Below are positions 31,201 to 42,247 of a stretch of 42,406 nucleotides of DNA, piece after piece; position 1 is the first letter of the stretch; every line of letters begins with the position of its first letter. The translations under genes were made by a program, and so were the position numbers. Source of the stretch: an uncultured Gammaproteobacteria bacterium (GTDB taxonomy: Bacteria; Cyanobacteriota; Vampirovibrionia; Gastranaerophilales; CAZEDP01); assembly GCA_964511035.1 (NCBI GenBank), contig CAZEDP010000001.1:1-42406 (forward strand), written 5' to 3'. The notes beneath the pieces are model-generated. The model saw nothing but the letters and a program-made list of their open reading frames with translations, did not search any database and was not told where the DNA came from.

Positions 31201-31259
31201 TTTTTCACCACAAACAATTCTTATTTTTATTGTTTTATAACCTATAATAAATTTTTTTT

Positions 31260-32768
31260 ATGTTAACATCTACAAATAAGGTTAAATCTATGAAAACTGT
31301 TAATTTATTAAAAAGTGTTTTAATTCTAACATTAATTTTAATATTTTTTTATGACTTTTCTTTTATATTTGGACCAACAATTTTAAGCTGTTACTTTTTG
31401 ACATTAATTCCCTTGTATTTGCTTTTTATATTGAAAGCTCCTGAAAAATTTATTAACAATATTGCTTTTCTCTATAAAAAGACCCCGGCAAAATATTTTG
31501 TTTGGACTATAGCAGGTTTTTTAATTACTTCCCTGATTGCAATAATTTCAGGGAAATACTCGGTTTCTAACGCAATTTATCGTATTCCGCGTGAATTATT
31601 TTTTATAATACCCTTAACTTATTTTTTTCCGATATATTTCATTCCAAGATATTTATCTTATAAATTGTTAATTAAATTTTCTGTCATTGTTACGTATGTA
31701 ATACTTTTTCTAGGTATAGTTGACCTTATTGGTATCTTTTTTGATATCGAACATATAAGAACGGTTCTTGGTTCTTTAGGTAATTTCAAGCTTCTTGGAG
31801 CTATAAGAAGTAATATCAAAGACCCAATGCATGTATTAACGAGTTTTGAGGTAATTTCAGGATTTCCGAGAATTCAAAGTGTTTTCCACGAACCCGGTGC
31901 TTACTCAAAATTTATTCTGATAATGCTTCCTATAATCTACAAATTCTCAACAACCTCTTACAAAATATTCAGTAATCCATATTTAAACTTACTTGCTAAA
32001 AGAACATTTATATTATTTGCTTGGGCTGGACTTTTGTTTGCGCAGTCTCCAATTTACTTTATTTTTGCGGTAATGTTCACTGCTATGTATTTTTATAAAT
32101 CATTAATTTCTTCAATCAAAAAAAATATTCACACATATTCAATGTTATTTCTTTTGTTTGGTGTTATTACGAGTTTAATATTAATTAATATAAATTTCTC
32201 CCAAACCTTTTTAATGAGAGTTTGGCGAGTTTATGAAAGTCTGGGAAGTTTCGACAAATTTATCTTTTATGAACCGTCGCTTGCTACCCGAATCATTTCA
32301 TTTATTAATTGCATTGATGTATTTCTTAAGAATCCAATTGTTGGTGTTGGCTTTAGTAATCAAGTTTATGTTATGTATGAACAACTTCTTGCCTCACCCG
32401 TTCCGCTTACAGATGAATTAATGCGAGGTATGTACGCAGACTCTGATATTACAAGAGTATCGTTCTCCACATTTTATTATTTGCTTGCGGGCTCCGGAAT
32501 AGTTGGTACTTCAATATATTATTATTTTGTATATAAAAATATTAAAATTTTAAACAAAATTAAAACATATTACATCGGAATAGAAAAAGATTTTTTGTAT
32601 GCACTTGAAAATAGTTTATACATAATAATTTTCCTTGGATTTTATAGTTTTAATTTTTTAAATGGATTATCTTGGTTTTTCTTTGGCTTGATCACTTCAT
32701 TTGTTTTAGGGTATCTGAAAAATAAAAATGATATAAAAATTGAGGATAGAGATGTTTCAAAACAATAA
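31260..32768 (+). CDS. Polytopic membrane protein, O-antigen/EPS polymerase (Wzy)-like
   Basis: Ten or more hydrophobic segments with a larger loop region, in a Wzx/GT context. There is no strong sequence motif, which is typical for Wzy. Alternative start at ATG 31290 (aagg upstream). Confidence 0.7.
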   Translation: MLTSTNKVKSMKTVNLLKSVLILTLILIFFYDFSFIFGPTILSCYFLTLIPLYLLFILKAPEKFINNIAFLYKKTPAKYFVWTIAGFLITSLIAIISGKYSVSNAIYRIPRELFFIIPLTYFFPIYFIPRYLSYKLLIKFSVIVTYVILFLGIVDLIGIFFDIEHIRTVLGSLGNFKLLGAIRSNIKDPMHVLTSFEVISGFPRIQSVFHEPGAYSKFILIMLPIIYKFSTTSYKIFSNPYLNLLAKRTFILFAWAGLLFAQSPIYFIFAVMFTAMYFYKSLISSIKKNIHTYSMLFLLFGVITSLILININFSQTFLMRVWRVYESLGSFDKFIFYEPSLATRIISFINCIDVFLKNPIVGVGFSNQVYVMYEQLLASPVPLTDELMRGMYADSDITRVSFSTFYYLLAGSGIVGTSIYYYFVYKNIKILNKIKTYYIGIEKDFLYALENSLYIIIFLGFYSFNFLNGLSWFFFGLITSFVLGYLKNKNDIKIEDRDVSKQ

Positions 32769-33642
32769 TGGCAGAATAGTTATTTTTGCCCATTGGGACA
32801 AGGATAATTTAATTGATGATTATGTAATATATTATCTTAATGCATTAAAAAATATTGCAAATATCATTATCTTTTCATCTGACTGCGATATTAAAGATAC
32901 TGAGCTTAAAAAATTAGAAAATATTACACCTTATATTATTTCAAAATGTCACGGTGAATATGATTTTGGTTCATATAAAAGAGGCTATGTTTATGCTCAA
33001 AGGCATAATTTATTAAAAAATGCTGAAGAATTGCTAATATGCAATGATAGTTGCATCGGACCTTTTCATCCGCTTGAAGATATTTTTGAAGAAATGAAAA
33101 ATAATAGTTGTGATTTTTGGGGATTAAATTATAACAAATATATTACCTCACATCTTCAAAGCTTTTTTCTCGTATTTAAAAAAAATGTATTTAATTCAAA
33201 GCAATTTGAAGAGTTTCTGTTAAACGTAAGGATCGAAAGAAATAAAAATATTGTTGTAAAAAAATATGAATTGAATTTTACTGAATATTTGCTGCAAGCA
33301 GGCTTTAATTATTCTTATTGCTTTGATAAGCCAATACCTCATAGACTATATTCAACAATATTCAGCGAAATGGGAAATACAAAATATCCATTCATAAAAA
33401 AAAGTATGTTGAATAATTATTTAAATAAATCAGTCTCATTTTTTGTTAATAAAATGAGGAAAAATATTTATTGTAACTATCCCTTTGAAATTATTGAAAA
33501 ATACTATGAAAGAATTAATAGAGGAAATATTCAGTCAAAATTTGTAAACTTTATTAAACTTTGGGTTTCTTACTATATTATATTTCCAAGAACAAGAGAT
33601 AGGTTATACTTTATAAATAAATGGTATTACTTTAATAAATAA
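32752..33642 (+). CDS. Rhamnan synthesis protein F (RgpF)-like glycosyltransferase
   Basis: IVIFAHWDKDNLIDDYVIYYLNAL...GEYDFGSYK...ICNDSCIGPFHPLEDIFEEM....CDFWGL........HLQSFFLVFKK matches the RgpF family pattern. ATG at 32752 is preceded by gagga. Confidence 0.8.
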   Translation: MFQNNNGRIVIFAHWDKDNLIDDYVIYYLNALKNIANIIIFSSDCDIKDTELKKLENITPYIISKCHGEYDFGSYKRGYVYAQRHNLLKNAEELLICNDSCIGPFHPLEDIFEEMKNNSCDFWGLNYNKYITSHLQSFFLVFKKNVFNSKQFEEFLLNVRIERNKNIVVKKYELNFTEYLLQAGFNYSYCFDKPIPHRLYSTIFSEMGNTKYPFIKKSMLNNYLNKSVSFFVNKMRKNIYCNYPFEIIEKYYERINRGNIQSKFVNFIKLWVSYYIIFPRTRDRLYFINKWYYFNK

Positions 33643-33724
33643 TTGGATACTATGTCTTAAATTGGATACTGTAAAAATTTATGCTATATTTTGAAAATCA
33701 GAGTATGTATGGTTTCTAAGTTAT

Positions 33725-34927
33725 ATGAAAAAAGTTAGATTTGTAATCGGTGGTTTATTACGATTTTTAATTGGAAATTTATTGTCTTTATTTATTAAAA
33801 GAGATAAAAGTTATTGGGTGTTTAACTGTTCTTCAATTGTTACGTTACCACAAATGTTTACGCACAATACAAAATATTTGTTTCTTTTTCTGTCTACTAA
33901 TAAACAATATGGTATTACGCCGGTTTGGATTTCAAAAAATAAACAAATCATAAGCAGGTTAAAAGAATGCGGTTACAAAGCATATTATAAGTATAGTTTT
34001 CAAAATTTGTATTACTGTCTTAAATCTAAATATTATTTTGTTGATAGTGCTGCAGATGATATTTCAAAATATTTATCAGTTGGTGCTGTAATAATAAATT
34101 TTTGGCACGGAGTATCTTTAAAAAAAATTGGTCTTGATGCTGATACAAAATGTATTTCTAGAAACCTATCTGGTTTTCAGAAATCTTTTTATAACGCATT
34201 TAAAATAAAAGAAAATTACTTTGTTTCAAATAGTGATTATGATTCAAAGATTTTCAAGTCAGCTTACAATGTTGATAACAGTTCAATTCTAAAATTAGGT
34301 TCACCGCGTTTAGATATCCTTTTTAACAATATAAAAGATTCTGATCTTTTTATGGAAGAAAATGTTGAAAATATAATCAAACTAAAGCAAGAAAGCAGAA
34401 AATTACTGATTTATGTTCCAACATTTAGAGATACGGGTAAAGATATTTCAGGATGGTTACAATCAAATCATTTAAAAGAGGTATTAGCCAAAAATAATAT
34501 TACATTAGTTTGCAAACTACATATGGCTGACAATAACAAGTTAACTACGGACAATTGCAAAGAATTTTATAAAATGGCAAATAATGCAGACATTTATGCT
34601 GTTTTAAAATATACAGATGCTTTAATTACAGATTATTCGTCAGTATATTTCGACTATTTACTACTTGATAAACCGATTATATTTTATCCGTTTGACTTAA
34701 ATGAATATATTTCACAAGACAGAGAATTATATGTAAATTATAACGACTATACACCCGGAATCAAAGCTTATAATGAAAAAGACTTAATTGATGCAATTCA
34801 ACGAACTATCAACGGAGAGGATAACTATATGCAAGCTCGTTCTGATTTAAGAAATGAACTGTTTGATCATCAGGACGGCAAAAATTGCCAAAGGATAGTA
34901 GAATTTGTTAAAAATTTAGACAAATGA
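33725..34927 (+). CDS. CDP-glycerol glycerophosphotransferase family (TagB/TagF-like) transferase
   Basis: [14 protein letters not shown], and [30 protein letters not shown] are signature blocks of the Glyphos_transf family. Confidence 0.85.
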   Translation: MKKVRFVIGGLLRFLIGNLLSLFIKRDKSYWVFNCSSIVTLPQMFTHNTKYLFLFLSTNKQYGITPVWISKNKQIISRLKECGYKAYYKYSFQNLYYCLKSKYYFVDSAADDISKYLSVGAVIINFWHGVSLKKIGLDADTKCISRNLSGFQKSFYNAFKIKENYFVSNSDYDSKIFKSAYNVDNSSILKLGSPRLDILFNNIKDSDLFMEENVENIIKLKQESRKLLIYVPTFRDTGKDISGWLQSNHLKEVLAKNNITLVCKLHMADNNKLTTDNCKEFYKMANNADIYAVLKYTDALITDYSSVYFDYLLLDKPIIFYPFDLNEYISQDRELYVNYNDYTPGIKAYNEKDLIDAIQRTINGEDNYMQARSDLRNELFDHQDGKNCQRIVEFVKNLDK

Positions 34928-36231
34928 ATTTTATAATGTTTTCTTTATCAACAATAAAAACTTTATCAAACGACAAAAAAAGATTTTTTAAAAATTTTGC
35001 CTCTTTGTCTATTATGCAGATAGCAGGCTATATATTGCCTCTTTTAACTTTACCCTATCTTGCAAGAGTTTTGGATGCAGAGAAATTTGGTCTGGTATTT
35101 TTTGCTCAGGCATTTATTCAATATTTTATGATATTGACTGATTTCGGGTTTAACCTTTCAGCGACAAAAGAAATTTCAGTTAATAGAGAAAATCCTGACA
35201 AAGTTGCAGAAATATTCAATTCAGTAATGCTAATCAGATTTGTTTTATTATTAGTGAGCTTATTGATATTGGTTATTGTTGTATTTGGCTTTAGCAAATT
35301 CCGAAACGATTGGGCAGTATATTTTTTAACATTCGGAATGGCTGTAGGAAATGTATTGTTCCCAATATGGTTTTTTCAGGGAATGGAGCGAATGAAATTC
35401 GTTACTATATTAAATATACTTTCAAGAGTTATTTTCACCGTTTTAATCTTTGTATTTATAAAAAAATCTTCGGATTTTATATATGTTCCTTTACTGAATT
35501 CTATCGGCTTTTTAGCTTCAGGCATTTTATCTCTTTGGATTGTTTATAAGTATTTTGATGTCAAATTTTTCGTGCCTGATTTGAAAACAATTATTGTCCA
35601 CCTGAAAGACAGCACGCAGTTTTTTCTCTCAAGGGTTTCCGTGTCTTTATACACTTCAAGCAATGCTTTTGTTTTAGGTTTATTTACAAGTAATCAGGCG
35701 GTCGGGTATTATGTAGCGGCAGAAAAATTATATCAGGCATTACAGTACATATATTTCCCTATAAACAGCTCGCTCTATCCTTATATGTCAAAAGAAAAAA
35801 ATATACGATTCTTCAAAAAGCTTTTTGGGGGCGCATTCATATTAAACATTGTTCTATCATTGTTAATATTTATTTTCGCAAAAGAAATAATTCATATTTT
35901 TTACGGTGCAGATTTGGTCAAAAGCACAGGTGTACTGCAAATATTCTCAATGGCTGCACTTTTATTAATTCCTTCTATCTTCCTCGGGTACCCTTTTTTA
36001 GCAGCACTTGGTCAATCCAAATACGCCAATAACAGCGTTATAATAGGTTCTGTTATTCATATATTGGGGTTAGGAACGCTTATCTTATTCTCAGCTCTAA
36101 ATATATATACTGTTGCTATTATGGTAATATTTACAGAAGGAACAGTTTTGGCAATAAGAATATACGGTATAAAAAGACACAAGTTGTGGAACATTTCAAA
36201 TAAATTAGAAGAAAGTAAACCGGTATCATAA
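34924..36231 (+). CDS. wzx: Wzx-type polysaccharide flippase (MOP superfamily)
   Basis: About 12-14 TM segments. N-terminal [42 protein letters not shown] is typical of Wzx/RfbX. ATGA overlap with the upstream gene. Confidence 0.8.
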   Translation: MNFIMFSLSTIKTLSNDKKRFFKNFASLSIMQIAGYILPLLTLPYLARVLDAEKFGLVFFAQAFIQYFMILTDFGFNLSATKEISVNRENPDKVAEIFNSVMLIRFVLLLVSLLILVIVVFGFSKFRNDWAVYFLTFGMAVGNVLFPIWFFQGMERMKFVTILNILSRVIFTVLIFVFIKKSSDFIYVPLLNSIGFLASGILSLWIVYKYFDVKFFVPDLKTIIVHLKDSTQFFLSRVSVSLYTSSNAFVLGLFTSNQAVGYYVAAEKLYQALQYIYFPINSSLYPYMSKEKNIRFFKKLFGGAFILNIVLSLLIFIFAKEIIHIFYGADLVKSTGVLQIFSMAALLLIPSIFLGYPFLAALGQSKYANNSVIIGSVIHILGLGTLILFSALNIYTVAIMVIFTEGTVLAIRIYGIKRHKLWNISNKLEESKPVS

Positions 36232-36243
36232 AGGAAAAATAGA

Positions 36244-37545
36244 ATGACTAAAAAAGTATACGTCGGAATGAGTGCTGATTTGATCCACCCGGGACATTTG
36301 AATATTTTGCGAGAAGCTCAAAAACTGGGTGATGTTACTGTCGGGTTACTCACAGACAGTGCTATTGCAAGCTACAAAAGACTTCCGTATTTAACATATG
36401 AACAAAGAAAAGAAATCGTTGAAAATATCAAAGGCGTAAAAGAAGTAGTACCCCAGGAAACTCTTGACTATGTACCAAATTTAAGAAAGCTCAAACCCGA
36501 TTTTGTCGTTCATGGTGACGACTGGAAAACAGGAATTCAAAGGGAAGTCAGGCAAAGAGTAGTTGATGTTATGAGCGAATGGGGTGGCAAAGTTGTTGAT
36601 ATAGAATACACCAAAGGAATTTCATCAACTGCTTTGCATAAAGCATTGAAAGAAATTGGCACAACTCCTCAAATAAGAATGAAAAGACTGAGGAGGCTAA
36701 TTGAATCTAAGCCTCTTGTAAAAATTATGGAAGCCCACAACGGATTAACAGGGTTGATTGTTGAAAATATTAACATTAAAGAAAACGGCTGTATCAATGA
36801 ATTTGACGGCATGTGGCTGAGCAGTTTAACTGAATCAACAGCAAAAGGGAAACCCGACATAGAATTTGTTGATTTAACTTCAAGGATAACAACAATAAAC
36901 GACATTTCAGAAATCACAACCAAACCGATTATTTATGACGGAGATACAGGCGGAATTCCCGAACACTTTGTATTCACAGTCAAAACTCTTGAAAGACTTG
37001 GAGTCTCAGCTATTATCATTGAAGACAAAATCGGGCTTAAGAAAAATTCCCTTTTTGGAACTGAAGTTGAACAAACACAAGACTGTATTGAAGATTTTGC
37101 CAGAAAAATCCAAATGGGGAAACAAGCCAGAGTTACGGATGATTTTATGATTATTGCCCGCATCGAAAGTCTTATATTAAATAAAGGACTTGATGATGCA
37201 ATAACAAGAGCTAGGGCATATATAGAAGCAGGAGCCGATGGAATAATGATTCACAGCAAGCAAAAGGATTTTAAAGAAGTGTACGAGTTCTGTAATTTAT
37301 ACAAAAAACTTGATTACAGGGTTCCGTTAATTGCCATACCCACCACTTATAATCAGGTTTACGAAAAAGATTTAATAGATGCAGGTGTTAATGTGGTAAT
37401 TTATGCTAATCATTTGCTCAGAGCTGCCTACCCTGCCATGTTAAAAGCTGCACAAACAATTCTTAAGAATGAAAGATCTTTTGAAACAAACGAAATATGT
37501 ATGCCCATTAGAGAAATTTTGACTCTTATACCGGGAGGTTGCTAA
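36244..37545 (+). CDS. pepM: Bifunctional cytidylyltransferase (TagD-like, H.GH) / phosphoenolpyruvate phosphomutase
   Basis: N-terminal domain: [26 protein letters not shown]...VVHGDDW...GISST. C-terminal domain: [12 protein letters not shown]...[19 protein letters not shown]...IIYDGDTGG...[19 protein letters not shown]...IARIES, which are conserved PEP mutase blocks. Confidence 0.9.
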   Translation: MTKKVYVGMSADLIHPGHLNILREAQKLGDVTVGLLTDSAIASYKRLPYLTYEQRKEIVENIKGVKEVVPQETLDYVPNLRKLKPDFVVHGDDWKTGIQREVRQRVVDVMSEWGGKVVDIEYTKGISSTALHKALKEIGTTPQIRMKRLRRLIESKPLVKIMEAHNGLTGLIVENINIKENGCINEFDGMWLSSLTESTAKGKPDIEFVDLTSRITTINDISEITTKPIIYDGDTGGIPEHFVFTVKTLERLGVSAIIIEDKIGLKKNSLFGTEVEQTQDCIEDFARKIQMGKQARVTDDFMIIARIESLILNKGLDDAITRARAYIEAGADGIMIHSKQKDFKEVYEFCNLYKKLDYRVPLIAIPTTYNQVYEKDLIDAGVNVVIYANHLLRAAYPAMLKAAQTILKNERSFETNEICMPIREILTLIPGGC

Positions 37546-38673
37546 TTGCTTAACTGTGCTGATTTCTATAATGCGTTAACTGCTCATGGTATTGATTTTT
37601 TTTGCGGTGTGCCGGATTCATTATTAAAAGATTTTTGTGCATACATAACAGATAATGCACCTCAAGGAAAACATATCATAACAGCAAATGAAGGTAACGC
37701 CATTGCTCTTGCAGCAGGAGTTTATCTTTCAACCGGAAAGCCTGCTCTTGTATATATGCAGAATTCGGGGCAGGGAAATGCCGTCAACCCGCTTGTCTCA
37801 CTTGCAGATGAAGATGTTTATCAAATCCCTTTACTTATGCTGATCGGATGGAGAGGAGAACCAGGTATAAAAGACGAGCCTCAGCATGCCAAACAGGGAA
37901 AAATTACTCTAAAATTGTTGGAAACTTTAAATATTCCTTACTCAATACTTCCTGATAATAAATCAGATATGGAAAACTGCCTTAACAATGCCATTTCTGA
38001 AATGCGAATTTCCAACGCTCCTTACGCATTAATTATCAAGAAAGGGACTTTTGAAACATATAAATTACAAAACAACACTTTTAATAATTATGAAATGACC
38101 CGAGAAGACGCAATTAAAATTATAGTTGACAATCTGGGCAGCACTGATGTAATTATCTCAACCACAGGAATGACCTCAAGAGAACTTTACGAATACAGGG
38201 AAGCGTTAAATCAAACAGGTTCATCTGATTTTTTAACGGTAGGTTCGATGGGGCATTCTTCTGCCATTGCATTGGGGATGGCTTTGAATAAGCCAAGTAA
38301 ACAAGTATTTTGTCTTGATGGAGACGGAGCGGCAATAATGCACCTTGGTGCTTTTACAACAATCGGAACAAATGCACCAACGAATTTCAAACATATCTTA
38401 ATAAATAACGGTGCCCATGATTCTGTCGGCGGTCAACCAACTTGTGGATTTAAGATTGATTTTTGCAAAATTGCGATAGCCAGTAATTATGAAGATGCAT
38501 TTTCAGTAGATAATGCACATGCCTTAAAAGATAAAATTATCACTTTAAAGGAAATTGAAGGTCCTGCATTACTTGAAATCAAAGTTAAAAAAGGTGCAAG
38601 AAAGGATTTAGGAAGACCTAAAAGCACTCCAATTGAAAACAAAAATAAATTCATGGAATTTTTAAGACAATGA
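37546..38673 (+). CDS. ppd: Phosphonopyruvate decarboxylase (ThDP-dependent)
   Basis: FFCGVPDSLLKDFCAYI, MQNSGQGNAVNPL.SL, and the ThDP motif LDGDGAAIMHLGAFTTIG......HILINNGAHDSVGGQ. TTG start lies directly after the pepM stop, with gggagg 7 nt upstream. Confidence 0.9.
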   Translation: MLNCADFYNALTAHGIDFFCGVPDSLLKDFCAYITDNAPQGKHIITANEGNAIALAAGVYLSTGKPALVYMQNSGQGNAVNPLVSLADEDVYQIPLLMLIGWRGEPGIKDEPQHAKQGKITLKLLETLNIPYSILPDNKSDMENCLNNAISEMRISNAPYALIIKKGTFETYKLQNNTFNNYEMTREDAIKIIVDNLGSTDVIISTTGMTSRELYEYREALNQTGSSDFLTVGSMGHSSAIALGMALNKPSKQVFCLDGDGAAIMHLGAFTTIGTNAPTNFKHILINNGAHDSVGGQPTCGFKIDFCKIAIASNYEDAFSVDNAHALKDKIITLKEIEGPALLEIKVKKGARKDLGRPKSTPIENKNKFMEFLRQ

Positions 38674-39794
38674 AACAAAAAGAATTCATCGGATTCAACA
38701 GCATAGACTTCTTGGAAAAAATTTTATCCAAAAATGAACCACAAAATATTTTTTTAGTTTCAGCGAAAAACTCTTTTATTTCTAGTGGAGCAAAGAAAGT
38801 CATATTCAATAAGCTGCAACACATCAACACATATCATTTTTTTGATTTTTCGCCGAATATAAAACTGGAAGAACTTGAAAAAGCCATTCAGATATTCCAA
38901 AAAGGAAACTATGACTTAATAATCGCTGTCGGTGGCGGCAGTGTAATTGATATGGCTAAATTAATCAATATTTTTTCTTGCCAAAGAGAACCTATTGAAA
39001 AGTATTTAAACAGTAATGCAAAAATATCGATAAAGCCGTTGCCTTTAATAGCTATACCAACTACATCAGGTTCCGGTAGTGAAGCTACCCATTTCGCTGT
39101 TTTGTATAAGGATAAAACCAAGTTTTCAGTTGCCCATCAATATATTTTGCCTGATATAGCCATTGTAGACCCACAATTTACAATGAATCTTCCTTCTAAT
39201 ATTACCGCCGAAACCGGAGCAGACGCTTTATGTCAGGCAATAGAATCCTATTGGAGTATTTACTCAACTGATGAGTCTTTAAAATATGCTAAAGAAGCAA
39301 TTCAACTTATCAGAAAATCACTGTATCAAGCTGTAACCAATCCTAACAAAGAAGCGAGAGAAAATATGGCATTAGCTTCGCACCTTGCCGGCAAAGCCAT
39401 TAATATCACCAAAACCACTGCCCCACATGCTATATCCTATCCATTTACTTCCTATTACGGAATTAACCATGGTCACGCAGTTGCTTTAACCCTTGGTGCA
39501 ATATTAGTTTATAATTACGATGTTACCGAGAATGATATCCAAGACACACGGGGTACTGTATTTGTTAAAAATAGAATTTCAGACATTTGCGATATGTTTG
39601 AATGTAAAACAGTTCATGAATGCCAACATGCCATCAACAATCTGCTAAATAATATTGGCATTGAATTAAGCTTAAATAAGTTAAATGTCAACAATATTGA
39701 AATAATTGTTAATAATGTAAACACAGAACGCTTAATCAATAACCCAAGAATAATTACTAAGGAAAAATTAAGAAAAATGCTGTTAAACTTATAA
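38670..39794 (+). CDS. Iron-containing (group III) alcohol dehydrogenase, probable phosphonoacetaldehyde reductase
   Basis: AVGGGSVIDMAKL, IAIPTTSGSGSE, and the metal-binding region APHAISYPF....INHGHAVAL. ATGA overlap with ppd. The function is inferred from position after PepM and Ppd. Confidence 0.8.
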   Translation: MKQKEFIGFNSIDFLEKILSKNEPQNIFLVSAKNSFISSGAKKVIFNKLQHINTYHFFDFSPNIKLEELEKAIQIFQKGNYDLIIAVGGGSVIDMAKLINIFSCQREPIEKYLNSNAKISIKPLPLIAIPTTSGSGSEATHFAVLYKDKTKFSVAHQYILPDIAIVDPQFTMNLPSNITAETGADALCQAIESYWSIYSTDESLKYAKEAIQLIRKSLYQAVTNPNKEARENMALASHLAGKAINITKTTAPHAISYPFTSYYGINHGHAVALTLGAILVYNYDVTENDIQDTRGTVFVKNRISDICDMFECKTVHECQHAINNLLNNIGIELSLNKLNVNNIEIIVNNVNTERLINNPRIITKEKLRKMLLNL

Positions 39795-39810
39795 AGGAGA
39801 CAAGCAAAAC

Positions 39811-40383
39811 ATGCCCTTTAATTTTACAAATTTAAACATACCTGACGTCATATTGGTAACTCCAAAGGTTTTTGCTGATGAGCGCGGGTTTTTTATGGAA
39901 ACATATAAATCAGAAGATTTTATAACGGCAGGAATAACAACTCAGTTTCTTCAGGACAATCATTCCAAATCAACAAAGGGGACTCTAAGAGGACTTCATT
40001 ACCAACTTAATCCCAAAGCACAGGCAAAGCTTGTTCGATGTGCATCCGGTGAGATTTTTGACGTTGCAGTTGATATAAGAAAAGGTTCTCCGACATTTGG
40101 AAAATGGGCAGGGGCTAAATTATCCGATGAAAACAAACAAATGCTTTTCATCCCGGAGGGATTCGCTCATGGTTTCTTAGTTTTGAGCGAAACTGCCGAG
40201 GTTCTTTACAAAGCCGGAGAAGTCTATTCCCCTGAATTTGATGCAGGGATACTATGGAATGACCCCGATATCGGAATCGATTGGGGAATTGGAAGTCCAA
40301 TTCTTTCTGAAAAGGACAAAAATCATCCGTTGTTAAAAAATGCCAGAAATAATTTCGTTTATTCCAAGTTTTTGATATATTAG
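39811..40383 (+). CDS. rfbC: dTDP-4-dehydrorhamnose 3,5-epimerase
   Basis: F.DERGFFME......F.Q.NHS.S.KGTLRGLHYQ......KLVRC..GEIFDVAVDIRKGSPTFGKW....LS.EN..MLFIPEGFAHGF. Confidence 0.92.
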   Translation: MPFNFTNLNIPDVILVTPKVFADERGFFMETYKSEDFITAGITTQFLQDNHSKSTKGTLRGLHYQLNPKAQAKLVRCASGEIFDVAVDIRKGSPTFGKWAGAKLSDENKQMLFIPEGFAHGFLVLSETAEVLYKAGEVYSPEFDAGILWNDPDIGIDWGIGSPILSEKDKNHPLLKNARNNFVYSKFLIY

Positions 40384-40413
40384 TCTTAATAGCAAATATT
40401 AGGAAATATTTAT

Positions 40414-41391
40414 ATGAAGTTACTCGTTACAGGCGGATGCGGATTTATAGGCAGTTGTTTTATCAGGCATATGTTTAATAAATATCCTGACAGTAAAATC
40501 ATTAATCTTGACCTTTTAACCTATGCAGGCAACCCCGAAAATTTGAGAGATTTGGAAAATAATCCGCATTATACATTTGTGCAAGGTGATATCTGCAATA
40601 AAAGACTGGTTAACCAGTTAATGAGCGATGTTGACTGCTGTCTGAATTTTGCTGCCGAGAGCCATGTTGACAGAAGTATTCAGGGACCGGAAATTTTCGT
40701 TCAAACTAATGTTCTGGGAACGCAAACACTTCTTCAGGCAGCAAAAGATGCAAATATACAGAGATTCGTTCAGATTTCCACCGATGAAGTATATGGAACA
40801 CTAGGAGCAAAAGGGTATTTTACCGAAGAAACTCCGCTTTCGCCAAATAGTCCTTATTCAGCAAGCAAAGCCTCGGCGGATATGTTTGCCAGAGCTTATT
40901 TTGAAACATATAAAATGCCTGTCTTGATAACAAGATGTTCAAATAATTACGGACCTTATCAATACCCCGAAAAATTAATTCCTTTGTTTATAAATAATCT
41001 GCTTGCCGACAAATGCGTACCGGTATACGGCGACGGTATGAACGTCAGGGATTGGCTTTATGTTTATGATCACTGTAGCGCAATAGACACTGTTCTTCAC
41101 AAAGGCAGAGAAGGTCAGGTTTACAACATCGGCGGAAATAACGAAAAAACAAATAATGAAATTACAAAAATCCTTCTGAAAGAACTCAATAAGCCGCAAA
41201 AGCTAATCAGCTTTGTTGAAGACAGGCCGGGTCATGACCGCAGATATGCGATTGACAGTTCAAAAATCCAACGGGAACTTGGTTGGAAGCCGTCGGTTAC
41301 ATTTGAGGAAGGCATTAAACAGACAATCCAATGGTATATCAGCAATACCCAGTGGATAAAAAACATTGAATCAAGAAAGCTGTCAGTATAG
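40414..41391 (+). CDS. rfbB: dTDP-glucose 4,6-dehydratase
   Basis: MKLLVTGGCGFIGS, LTYAGN, AAESHVDRSI, ISTDEVYG, PYSASKA, NNYGPYQYPEKLIP, RPGHDRRYAID. Confidence 0.95.
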   Translation: MKLLVTGGCGFIGSCFIRHMFNKYPDSKIINLDLLTYAGNPENLRDLENNPHYTFVQGDICNKRLVNQLMSDVDCCLNFAAESHVDRSIQGPEIFVQTNVLGTQTLLQAAKDANIQRFVQISTDEVYGTLGAKGYFTEETPLSPNSPYSASKASADMFARAYFETYKMPVLITRCSNNYGPYQYPEKLIPLFINNLLADKCVPVYGDGMNVRDWLYVYDHCSAIDTVLHKGREGQVYNIGGNNEKTNNEITKILLKELNKPQKLISFVEDRPGHDRRYAIDSSKIQRELGWKPSVTFEEGIKQTIQWYISNTQWIKNIESRKLSV

Positions 41392-41404
41392 AACGGGAAA
41401 AAAC

Positions 41405-42247
41405 ATGAAGATAATGGTAACGGGAGCAAACGGAATGTTGGGGCAGGATTTAGTCCCGATATCAGAAAAGGAAGACTTTGAAGTAATTCCTACGGACTTG
41501 CATAATCTGGATATTACCGATGAAGTAGCAGTTAAACAATTCATTAATGAATCAATGCCGGATTTTATTATCCATGCCGCGGCTTACACAGATGTTGACG
41601 GTGCTGAGAGTAATCAAGAAAAGGCTTTTTTGATAAATGAAAAAGGAACTGAAAACCTTGCGAAGTATTCCGCGTCTTCCGATATCCCAATACTTTATAT
41701 AAGTACGGATTACGTTTTTGACGGTACAAAGAACGAACCTTATTTGCCGAGTGACAAAACAAATCCCATAAATGTTTACGGACTGTCAAAATTAAAAGGC
41801 GAACAAGCTCTGCAAAAACACTGCACGAAATTTTATATAACAAGGACAAGTTGGCTTTACGGGCATCACGGAAAGAATTTTGTTGAAACAATGATTAATC
41901 TTGCACAAAAGAATCCTGAGCTTAAAGTTGTTTCAGACCAGATCGGATGTCCGACATGGACAGTAGAGCTGTCAAATGCCTTAGTTAAAATAATTAAAGG
42001 GAATTCTCCTTACGGAATATACCATACGTGCGGTTCCGGATATACAAGTTGGCACGGTTTTTCTTCAGAAATTATGAGACTTATGAATTTAAACGTGAAA
42101 GTTACTCCGGTAAATACAGAACACTTCCCGAGACCTGCTAAAAGACCTTTATATTCCGTTATGGACAATAACGGCATTTGCCCCGAGTGGAAACAATCAC
42201 TTAAGCAATATATTAATCTCAGAACATTAACAGGAGCGTGTAAATGA
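41405..42247 (+). CDS. rfbD: dTDP-4-dehydrorhamnose reductase
   Basis: [48 protein letters not shown] prefer the ATG at 41405 over the longest ORF, which would overlap rfbB. Confidence 0.9.
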   Translation: MKIMVTGANGMLGQDLVPISEKEDFEVIPTDLHNLDITDEVAVKQFINESMPDFIIHAAAYTDVDGAESNQEKAFLINEKGTENLAKYSASSDIPILYISTDYVFDGTKNEPYLPSDKTNPINVYGLSKLKGEQALQKHCTKFYITRTSWLYGHHGKNFVETMINLAQKNPELKVVSDQIGCPTWTVELSNALVKIIKGNSPYGIYHTCGSGYTSWHGFSSEIMRLMNLNVKVTPVNTEHFPRPAKRPLYSVMDNNGICPEWKQSLKQYINLRTLTGACK

